Assembly: GCF_001457595.1 (NCBI RefSeq)
Contig: NZ_LN831039.1
Span: 960,001 to 992,000 of the forward strand
Direction: 5' to 3'
Source of the DNA: Mycolicibacterium smegmatis
Lineage (GTDB): Bacteria; Actinomycetota; Actinomycetes; Mycobacteriales; Mycobacteriaceae
DNA: 32,000 bases
Position numbers and translations under genes: made by a program. Position 1 is the first letter of the stretch. Every line of letters begins with the position of its first letter. Below are positions 23,434-30,438 of this stretch, in pieces. The notes below the pieces were generated by a model. The model made no database searches and was not told the origin of the DNA. It saw only the letters and a list, made by a program, of their open reading frames with translations.

Positions 23434-25136
23434 GGGTTGAGCCGGCGGACCGCCTCGATGCGCTCCTTGAGCTGCTCGGTGGTGGCCGCGGCCACCGGCG
23501 GCCCACCGCAGATGCGCCGCAACTCGTTGTGGATCCAGCCGTGCGGCTTGCCCGTGCGGTGGTGCGCGATGGTCACCAGCGCGTTGAGTTCCTTTCGCAG
23601 CTCCCGCAATTGGCCGTGCGTGGTGCGCGGCGGCGGGGGAGCGCCGGTCTCGGCGGCGACGGCCGTGCGCTTGGTGAGCTGTTCCTCCTGGCGGCGGCGC
23701 AGCAGGTCCCGCATCTGCTCGGCGTCGAGCAGGCCGGGGATGCCGAGATAGTCGGCCTCCTCGTCGCTGCCTGCCGGTGTCGCGGTGCCCCACGAGGCAC
23801 CGTCGAAGATGACCTGATCCAATTCGGCGTCGGCACCGAGGTATTCGAACCCGTTCTCGAGCTCGCTCTTCTCGTCCTTGCGTTTCTCGGCGTCTTCGAG
23901 TGCCGCGTCGTCGAGCCCGTCGGACTCGCGGTGCGGCTTGCCCAGCACGTGGTTGCGCTGGGCCTCCATCTCAGAGGCCAGCAGCAACAGGTTCGGCACG
24001 GACGGCAGGAAGATGCTCGCGGTCTCACCCTGGCGCCGCGACCGCACGAAGCGTCCGATGGCCTGTGCGAAGAACAGCGGGGTCGACGCGCTCGTCGCGT
24101 ACACGCCGACCGACAGGCGCGGCACGTCGACGCCCTCGGACACCATGCGCACGGCGACCAGCCACTTGCTGTTGGACTCGGAGTACTGGCTGATGCGGTC
24201 GGAGGCGCTCGGGTCGTCCGAGAGCACGACCGTGGGCGTCTCACCGGTGATCTTGGTGAGCAGGTCCGCGTAGGCGCGCGCCGTGGTCTGGTTGGTCGCG
24301 ATGATCATGCCGCCCGCGTCGGGCACATGCTGACGCTTCTGCTCGAGGCGCCGGTCGGCGGCCTTGATGACCGCGGGCATCCACTCACCGGCCGGGTTGA
24401 GCGCCGTGCGCCAGGCGCGCGCGGTTTGCTCGGCGGTCAGTGGCTCGCCCAGACGCGCCGCGTGTTCCTCGCCGGCGCTGTCGCGCCAGCGGGCCTCACC
24501 CGAGTACGCCAGGAACACCACGGGCCGCACCACGCCGTCGGCGAGCGCGTCGGAGTAGCCGTACACATGGTCGGCCTGAGACCGCATGAAGCCGCTCTCG
24601 TCCGGTTCGTAGTTGACGAACGGGATGGGGCTGTCGTCGCTGCGGAACGGGGTACCGGTGAGTGCCAGGCGGCGGGTGGCGTCACTGTAGGCCTCCCGCA
24701 TCGCGTCGCCCCAGCTCTTGGCATCGCCGCCGTGGTGGATCTCGTCGAAGATCACCAGCGTCCGGTAGTTCTCGGTGCGCACCCGGTGGCGCGTCGGGTG
24801 GCTCGCGACCTGGGCGTAGGTGACCACCACGCCGTCGTACTCCGACGAGGTCTGCGAGTTCGAGTTGCTGAACTTCGGGTCCAGCGAGATGCCGTTGCGC
24901 GCGGCCGAGGCCGCCCACTGGATCTTCAGGTGCTCGGTCGGTACGACGACGGTGATCTTGTCCACGGTGCGGTCGGCGAGCAGTTCCGCGGCGATGCGCA
25001 GCGCAAACGTCGTCTTACCGGCACCAGGGGTCGCGACCAGGAGATAATCACGCGGCTTGGTGGTCAGATACTTCACCAGCGCCTTGCGCTGCCAGCCCCG
25101 CAATGCCTGGGTGCTGGGCGCCGAGTCAGCCCGCAC
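23430..25136 (-). CDS. SF2 DEAD/DEAH-box (ResIII/SSL2-like) helicase with ~170-aa C-terminal extension
   Basis: I place the start at GTG 25136, preceded by AAGGAG with a 7-nt spacer. Motif I is ATPGAGKT, motif II FDEIHH, motif III TGTPFRSD, motif V SEGVDVP, and motif VI QAIGRFVRSRR. The C-terminal acidic and basic helical tail lies outside the helicase core. Confidence 0.8.
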   Translation of the reverse strand: MRADSAPSTQALRGWQRKALVKYLTTKPRDYLLVATPGAGKTTFALRIAAELLADRTVDKITVVVPTEHLKIQWAASAARNGISLDPKFSNSNSQTSSEYDGVVVTYAQVASHPTRHRVRTENYRTLVIFDEIHHGGDAKSWGDAMREAYSDATRRLALTGTPFRSDDSPIPFVNYEPDESGFMRSQADHVYGYSDALADGVVRPVVFLAYSGEARWRDSAGEEHAARLGEPLTAEQTARAWRTALNPAGEWMPAVIKAADRRLEQKRQHVPDAGGMIIATNQTTARAYADLLTKITGETPTVVLSDDPSASDRISQYSESNSKWLVAVRMVSEGVDVPRLSVGVYATSASTPLFFAQAIGRFVRSRRQGETASIFLPSVPNLLLLASEMEAQRNHVLGKPHRESDGLDDAALEDAEKRKDEKSELENGFEYLGADAELDQVIFDGASWGTATPAGSDEEADYLGIPGLLDAEQMRDLLRRRQEEQLTKRTAVAAETGAPPPPRTTHGQLRELRKELNALVTIAHHRTGKPHGWIHNELRRICGGPPVAAATTEQLKERIEAVRRLNP

Positions 25137-25330
25137 CCGAGGACTCCTTTCGTCGGAATGCAGTCTAGGCCAGGGCGTTCCGGAAGTGCATCTTGCCAGG
25201 AGCCGGCCGGGCGTGTCGCACGCGGGAAGGCTTGAGTTCTCGTGCGGCGAAGGCGTGCACCCGAGGTTGCTGAGCCGGTCGGTCGGGGTGGCGTCCGGGC
25301 CGCGGGCGGTGCGGAGCAAACGGATGTGAC

Positions 25331-25372
25331 AAAAGAGGAAGCCTCGCACATCGTGTGATGTACGAGGCTTCC
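25331..25372 (-). terminator. Intrinsic terminator downstream of the glycine-rich protein gene
   Basis: The 10-bp stem GGAAGCCTCG (25337-25346) / CGAGGCTTCC (25363-25372) has an inner 5-bp extension (ACATC/GATGT). On the minus strand it is followed by UCUUUUGU (plus-strand AAAAGA at 25331-25336). It lies 36 nt past the stop at 25408. Confidence 0.7.
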
Positions 25373-25407
25373 GTACCTACTGGGGATCTACGCGGCCGTG
25401 CCCGTGA

Positions 25408-28400
25408 TCAGGGGTTGTTGGCGCCGGTGGTACCCGCGGTGCCCGGGGTGCCGTCCGCACCACCGTTGCCGCCGTCTCCACCGTTGCCCCCGTTCCCCGA
25501 TCCGCCTGCGGTGGTGCCACCGGTGCCACCGTTGCCGCCGGCCCCGCCGTCACCGTTGCCGCCCGGGCCCGGCTCGCTGCCGTCGCCGCCGTTGCCGCCG
25601 TTGCCGCCGGTGTTGTGCTCACCGTCGGCGGTCTGGCCGCCCGACTTCCAGACGCTGGTGTTGCCGCCGTCGCCGCCGTTGCCGCCGGTCGCTCCGCCGG
25701 TGCCGTTGACACCACCGTCGCCGCCGTTGCCGGCCACCGCCGAGGAGTTGGCGATCTTGCTGCCCGCGGGGCCGGCCGGGTCGTACGCCTGCACCCAGCC
25801 GTCGGCGCCCTTGCCGCCGTTGCCGCCGTTTCCGGCGCCGCCGTGTCCGGAGATCGCGGTGCTGTCGGTGATGGCACCGTGGATCGCGGCGATGTTGCTG
25901 AAGCCGCCGGCCCCGCCGGTCGCACCGGCCGCGGTCGCCGCGCCGCCGTCTCCACCGACGGCGGTGTTACCGGTGGCGACGCCGGTGGTCCCGGCCGCCA
26001 TCACCAGCGCGTTGCCGCCGTTGCCCGCGATTCCGCCGTTCGAGGCTTCGCCGCCCTTGCCCGCGGTGGCCGTGCCGGTGGCGTTGCCACCGAGGGTCGA
26101 GCCGTAGCCCGACTGGACCCAGGATGTTCCGCCCTTGCCGCCGTGGCTGGCCGCGCCGGTGGCCTTTCCGCCGGCACCGCCGGTCGCGGTGCCGATCGCG
26201 GAGCCTGGATTGGCCGCGTTCGCCGTCGTGTTGACGACGCCGTCTCCGCCGTTGCCGCCCAAGCCGCCGTCGATGCCGTCACCGCCGTTACCGCCGGCGC
26301 CGATGCCGGAGGCGACGGCGCTCGGGCCGTTGGCCTCGATGGTGCCCTGGCCGCCGTTGCCGCCGTGACCACCGTTGAAGCCGTTGCCGCCGTGGCCGCC
26401 CGTGGCCGTTCCGCTGGCCTGGGGATTCGCCTGAACCACGTTGTAGGCGACGATCGTCGCGGCGCCGCCGGTGCCACCGGTGGCGCCGAGGGTGCCGCCG
26501 TTGCCGCCGTCACCGCCGGTGGCGGTGCCGCTGGCGTTGCTGCCGATGACGGTCGCGCGGATCAGCGCCTCACCGCCGTCACCGCCCTTGCCGCCCCTGT
26601 GCCCGTCGGCGTCACCGTTGCCGCCCTTGCCGCCGTTGCCGCCGGTCGCCGTGCCGGTCGCGGTTCCGTTGTTGACCCGGATCCGGCCTGCGCCGCCGTT
26701 GCCGCCGTTGCCGCCGGCACCGGTGTGCGATGGGTCGACGTACGTGCCGCCGTTGCCGCCGTTTCCGCCGTTGCCGCCCTTGCCGCCGTTTCCGAAGCCG
26801 ACTCCGCCGGCCCCGCCGTTGCCGCCGAGCGCGCCGTCGCCGCCCCGGCCGCCGTCACCACCGTGACCACCGGTGCCGCCCTCACCCTCGCTGACACCAC
26901 CGGCGCCGCCTGCGCCACCGTTTCCGTTCGCACCGGCATTCACGAAGGTGCCGCCGTCACCGCCGCGGCCACCGTTGCCACCCGTGTCGGTCTGACCGGT
27001 CGAATGCTGACCGTTCGCCTTCCACACGGAGGCGCCCGCGCCATCGCCGCCCCGGCCGCCGATTGCCCCGCCGGTGCCGTTGAAGCCTCCGTCGCCACCG
27101 TTGCCGCCGGCTGCCTTGCCCTTGTCGATGGTGGTGCCCGCCGGGCCGTTCGGGTCGTAGGCCTGGACCCAGCCGTTGCCGCCGTTGCCGCCATTGCCGC
27201 CCTGAGCGGCGCCACCGTGTCCGGAGGTCGCCGAGCTGTCGGTGATCGAGCCGTGGATGGCGGCGATGTTGGTGAAGCCGCCGTTGCCGCCGACTGCACC
27301 GTTCGCACTGGCCGCGCCGCCGTTGCCGCCGATCGCGGTGTTGCCGGTGGCGACGCCGGTCGCCCCGGCCGCCATCACCAGGGCGTCGCCGCCGTTGCCG
27401 CCCTTACCGCCGTCGGACGCCTTGCCGCCGTGGCCTGCCTTGGCGGTACCGCTCGCCTTACCACCGGTGGTGGGGCCGTAGCCCGCCTGAACCCACGACG
27501 TTCCACCCCTGCCGCCCAGGCTGTCCGCACCGCTGGCCGAGCCGCCGTCACCGCCGGCGGAGATTCCGGTGGCCGAGCCGTCGGCACCTGAGTAGATCTC
27601 GCCCATGCCACCGGCGCCGCCCGTGCCGCCGTCGATTCCGTCGCCGCCACGGCCGCCGGTCGCGGTGCCGCCCACGGCGCCGTTGTTGCCGTAGGCGTAC
27701 ACCGAGCCGATCCCGCCGTTGCCGCCGATACCGGTTCCGGTCGAGTTGCCACCGTCGCCACCGCGCGCGGTGCCCTCGGCGGTGCTGCCTGTGCCTTCGG
27801 CGATGAGCCGGCCGGTTCCGCCGGTGCCGCCGGTGCCGCCCGCGGCAGTCGTCGAACCGTTGCCGCCGTTGCCGCCGTTGCCGCCGATGGCGTTGCCGTC
27901 GACGGTTCCGCCGTTGGCCCCGACCAGGATGGCGCCGCCACCGCCGCCACCACCGCCGCCGCCCTTGCCGGGCCCGGCGGCCGTGGACTGCCCGCCGGTG
28001 CCACCGGCACCGCCTGCCCCGCCGCGGGTCTCGGACCCGGCGGTGACGTTGGGACCCGAGATCAGCACGTAGCCGAATCCGCCGTTGCCGCCGTCACCGC
28101 CGTTGCCGGCGGCTCCTGCGGCACCCGTCGAGCCGCTGTGGCCCAACAGGCCGAAGAGCCCGCCACCGGTGCCACCGATCCCGCCGGTGCCCCCGGTGCC
28201 GCCGCCCGTTCCGCCCGTGCCGCCGGTCCCGCCGTCGACATGGGCCGAGGTGCCGTCGGCCCCGACGCCGCCGGTGCCGCCGTCCCCGCTCTGTCCGCCG
28301 GTTCCACCGTTTCCGCCGCTGGCGAACAAGAAGCCGGTGGCGTTGCCGCCGTTGCCGCCGTTGCCTCCGCCACTGCCGACGCCGCCGTTACCGCCGTTTC

Positions 28401-29994
28401 CGAAACCGTTGCCGTGGTCAATGTTCCAGTCACCGGCAGCACCGGTCGCGCCAGCGAGGCCCTTTCCGCCCGCGCCGCCGTTGCCGCCGATCGCGAACAG
28501 CCAACCGTTCGCGTTTCCGCCGTTGCCGCCGGTACCCGCGAGGATGCCGCCGAGCGCCGCGCCGCCGGCGCCACCGGCACCGCCGATGCCCATGAGCAGG
28601 CCACCGCTGCCGCCGTTTCCGCCGTCCAGCCCGGCCCATCCGACGCCGCCGTTGCCGCCGTTGCCGAACAGGCCGGCATTGCCGCCGTTGCCGCCCGCCA
28701 GACCGGCTGCGCTGCCGTCGTATCCGTGGCCGCCGTCGCCGAACAGCAGACCGCCGTTGCCGCCGTTGGGGTTGTCGGCGGTTCCGTTGATGCCGTTGCC
28801 GATCAGGTACTGGCCGGAGATGGTGTTGATGACGCCGCCGAGTGTGGACCCGATGGGGCTGACCACCCAGAACTGTTGTCCCGCAGCGTGCAACGGCTGG
28901 TAGATGAGCCAGTTGACGATCTGGGTGGGGTCGAGCACCGCCGACGCCACGGTGGGAACCGGCAGCTGTGCCTGCGGGTTCACCGTGGTGCGCATCGCGG
29001 GGTCGGAGTACATCGGCTGACGGCGCGCCCACGCCATCACCGCCCAGACACCGGGCATGTCAGCAGGTTCGGTCGGTGCGTTCGGGATCAGCGTGGTGCC
29101 GAGCGTGACGACGGACAGCAAGCCGCTGATCGGCCGAAGTGAGGGTGCCGCGGGCGCCGGGTCGGTGGCCGGTGCTTGCACCTGCCGGGCGACCTGCGCA
29201 GTCGGTTGTGCGCCGAGCGAGTCGCTGGTGGGCTGATCGGTCGTGTTTGTCGAGGTGGCCTGCTGCTCGACCGGATCGGCGGCGGTGTCGCGGCCCTGAG
29301 GCTGCGTGACGCTCGGGGTCTCGGAATCCGGTGCAGTGGTGGGCCGTTCCCATCTGGGTTTCAGGTCCGGCAGCGGCGACTCGGGCGCGAGGGCTGCCGG
29401 GAACTTGGGCTTGCGCAGCGGGCTTCTGGCGTCGTCGGTGTCGGAGGGTTTGAGTCCGGCGCCCTCGGCGAAATCGCTGAGGGTCTTTCGGACCTCACCT
29501 GCCCGCTCGCGGAGACGCTCGTGCACCTGCTTGAGGTTCGGATGCCGCGGAGTGCCGAATGAGTTTCTGTCCCTTGTGGTCTCACTGGGCGTCTGCTCGG
29601 CGGACTGGCGATCGCTGCGGTGGTTTCCGACCCTGGTCCGCGGTGCGTCGGAGGGCCTGTTGTGCCGTGGCGTACCGATTCGGGGCGTCCCGTTCGCGCC
29701 TGTTGCTCCCGGCCGGAAGTGGCGCGGCCGGTCGGCGCTGCCGGTCGAAGACCCGTTACCGGCGGTGGTGGCGCCACCGGAGGCTGATGGCGAGTTCGAC
29801 GCACCGTCGCTCGTGGAACCTTCGGTGCTGAGGAGTTGCACGTCCGCGGTCACCGATCGCATGGTCGGCGAATCCGGCCCCAACAGCAGCATGACGCCGG
29901 CGCCCGCAAATGCGACGCTCGCCAGGCCGGCCGACGCAATCGGACGTGACAGGCTCCGTTCGCCGCGAGCTCTCGCTGCTCTGTGCTTCGCCAC
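25408..29994 (-). CDS. Large glycine-rich PGRS-like repeat protein with N-terminal signal/anchor sequence, no PE domain
   Basis: This is the single uninterrupted 4.6-kb minus-strand ORF. I place the start at GTG 29994, 4 nt after AAGGAG; the track ORF starts 32 codons earlier without an RBS. The N-terminus [39 protein letters not shown] is basic then hydrophobic. Next come ~250 aa of Pro/Thr/Ser/Arg-rich low-complexity sequence, a ~110-aa non-repetitive Trp-containing segment, and ~1,130 aa of GGxGGx repeats. Plus-strand ORFs over the same span are fragmented into several frames. Confidence 0.85.
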   Translation of the reverse strand: MAKHRAARARGERSLSRPIASAGLASVAFAGAGVMLLLGPDSPTMRSVTADVQLLSTEGSTSDGASNSPSASGGATTAGNGSSTGSADRPRHFRPGATGANGTPRIGTPRHNRPSDAPRTRVGNHRSDRQSAEQTPSETTRDRNSFGTPRHPNLKQVHERLRERAGEVRKTLSDFAEGAGLKPSDTDDARSPLRKPKFPAALAPESPLPDLKPRWERPTTAPDSETPSVTQPQGRDTAADPVEQQATSTNTTDQPTSDSLGAQPTAQVARQVQAPATDPAPAAPSLRPISGLLSVVTLGTTLIPNAPTEPADMPGVWAVMAWARRQPMYSDPAMRTTVNPQAQLPVPTVASAVLDPTQIVNWLIYQPLHAAGQQFWVVSPIGSTLGGVINTISGQYLIGNGINGTADNPNGGNGGLLFGDGGHGYDGSAAGLAGGNGGNAGLFGNGGNGGVGWAGLDGGNGGSGGLLMGIGGAGGAGGAALGGILAGTGGNGGNANGWLFAIGGNGGAGGKGLAGATGAAGDWNIDHGNGFGNGGNGGVGSGGGNGGNGGNATGFLFASGGNGGTGGQSGDGGTGGVGADGTSAHVDGGTGGTGGTGGGTGGTGGIGGTGGGLFGLLGHSGSTGAAGAAGNGGDGGNGGFGYVLISGPNVTAGSETRGGAGGAGGTGGQSTAAGPGKGGGGGGGGGGAILVGANGGTVDGNAIGGNGGNGGNGSTTAAGGTGGTGGTGRLIAEGTGSTAEGTARGGDGGNSTGTGIGGNGGIGSVYAYGNNGAVGGTATGGRGGDGIDGGTGGAGGMGEIYSGADGSATGISAGGDGGSASGADSLGGRGGTSWVQAGYGPTTGGKASGTAKAGHGGKASDGGKGGNGGDALVMAAGATGVATGNTAIGGNGGAASANGAVGGNGGFTNIAAIHGSITDSSATSGHGGAAQGGNGGNGGNGWVQAYDPNGPAGTTIDKGKAAGGNGGDGGFNGTGGAIGGRGGDGAGASVWKANGQHSTGQTDTGGNGGRGGDGGTFVNAGANGNGGAGGAGGVSEGEGGTGGHGGDGGRGGDGALGGNGGAGGVGFGNGGKGGNGGNGGNGGTYVDPSHTGAGGNGGNGGAGRIRVNNGTATGTATGGNGGKGGNGDADGHRGGKGGDGGEALIRATVIGSNASGTATGGDGGNGGTLGATGGTGGAATIVAYNVVQANPQASGTATGGHGGNGFNGGHGGNGGQGTIEANGPSAVASGIGAGGNGGDGIDGGLGGNGGDGVVNTTANAANPGSAIGTATGGAGGKATGAASHGGKGGTSWVQSGYGSTLGGNATGTATAGKGGEASNGGIAGNGGNALVMAAGTTGVATGNTAVGGDGGAATAAGATGGAGGFSNIAAIHGAITDSTAISGHGGAGNGGNGGKGADGWVQAYDPAGPAGSKIANSSAVAGNGGDGGVNGTGGATGGNGGDGGNTSVWKSGGQTADGEHNTGGNGGNGGDGSEPGPGGNGDGGAGGNGGTGGTTAGGSGNGGNGGDGGNGGADGTPGTAGTTGANNP
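25573..26290 (-). repeat. Intragenic repeat module, copy 2 (~238 aa) of the glycine-rich protein
   Basis: GGDGIDGG...[11 protein letters not shown]...[20 protein letters not shown]...[22 protein letters not shown]...[13 protein letters not shown]...SVWKSGGQ. Anchor Trp codons at 26121..26119 and 25650..25648 are each exactly 1,374 nt from their copy-1 counterparts. Boundaries are approximate. Confidence 0.75.
26947..27650 (-). repeat. Intragenic repeat module, copy 1 (~234 aa) of the glycine-rich protein
   Basis: GGDGIDGG...[11 protein letters not shown]...[20 protein letters not shown]...[22 protein letters not shown]...[13 protein letters not shown]...SVWKANGQ. Anchor Trp codons are at 27495..27493 and 27024..27022. 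Boundaries are approximate. Confidence 0.75.
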
Positions 29995-30306
29995 ATTTCT
30001 CCTTATCGCTGAGCTGTGATGGATGACACGATCGTCAATAAGTGAGAGCGAGCTAACAGCATTCACGGGGAAATGTTCAAGCGATTGCAACGAAATTGAT
30101 CATGATCCGACGGGCGCGTCCGCGACGGATTGCCGCGACGGAATATGATTTGAACTGCGATAACCAAGATCTGCGACGCCGCTGACGGGCCTTTCTTGCG
30201 TCGAGGAATCTTTCGAAGCGCAACAAAAGTGGCAGCGGTCTCCCACGAGTGGCGGCGGCAGGTTAGAACACGTTCTATGGGCGCGGTCAACGCCGTCGCG
30301 CGACAC

Positions 30307-30336
30307 GGACGCCCACTCCTGTCGGAGCGGGCGTCC
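30307..30336 (-). terminator. Candidate stem-loop terminator (no U-tract) downstream of the XDH-family gene
   Basis: GGACGCCCACTCC (30307-30319), loop TGTC, GGAGCGGGCGTCC (30324-30336) form a 13-bp stem. The single non-Watson-Crick position is A.C on the plus strand but a U.G wobble on the minus-strand RNA, which favours function on the minus strand. It lies ~100 nt past the stop at 30439. No U-run follows. Confidence 0.4.
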
Positions 30337-30438
30337 GATAGCTGATGTCAACCCGCCGAGGAGCGGCGTCCAATGCGCCCCGCGGGAAACGTGTACCGAC
30401 TGTCGAAAAACAGCAAATGGTCTGCGTGGAGTGCGCGA

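Noticed and set aside
23031-25235. 734-aa plus-strand ORF opposite the helicase (and the 22807..23793 minus-strand ORF opposite the HAD gene)
   Set aside because: These are shadow frames. The helicase motifs I-VI and the HAD motifs are found only in the frames annotated.
27934-27963. Ten consecutive Gly codons as a slipped-strand phase-variation tract
   Set aside because: The run uses mixed codons (GGC/GGT in irregular order), so it is not a homopolymer or a perfect trinucleotide repeat. Any slippage would stay in frame.
25408-28800. Interpreting the short periodic repeats as a CRISPR array or non-coding tandem repeat
   Set aside because: There is no constant repeat with unique spacers. The periodicity is codon-based (GGN GGN NNN) inside an intact 4.6-kb reading frame.
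25355-28903. Series of long plus-strand ORFs rich in Pro (PPLPPSPP...) or Ala/Val/Gly (for example 25615..27591, 658 aa) that could be read as proline-rich/PPE-like proteins
   Set aside because: They are the antisense of GGC/GGT/AAC codon arrays, which cannot generate stops. They are split across several frames and have no N-terminal non-repeat region, RBS or terminator. The minus strand carries one continuous ORF with all of these.
25408-29994. Calling the glycine-rich protein a PE_PGRS family member or a prophage tail-fibre/collagen-like protein
   Set aside because: There is no PE domain at the N-terminus. The flanks hold no phage genes (capsid, tape measure, integrase) and no att-like repeats. 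I therefore kept the neutral description PGRS-like.
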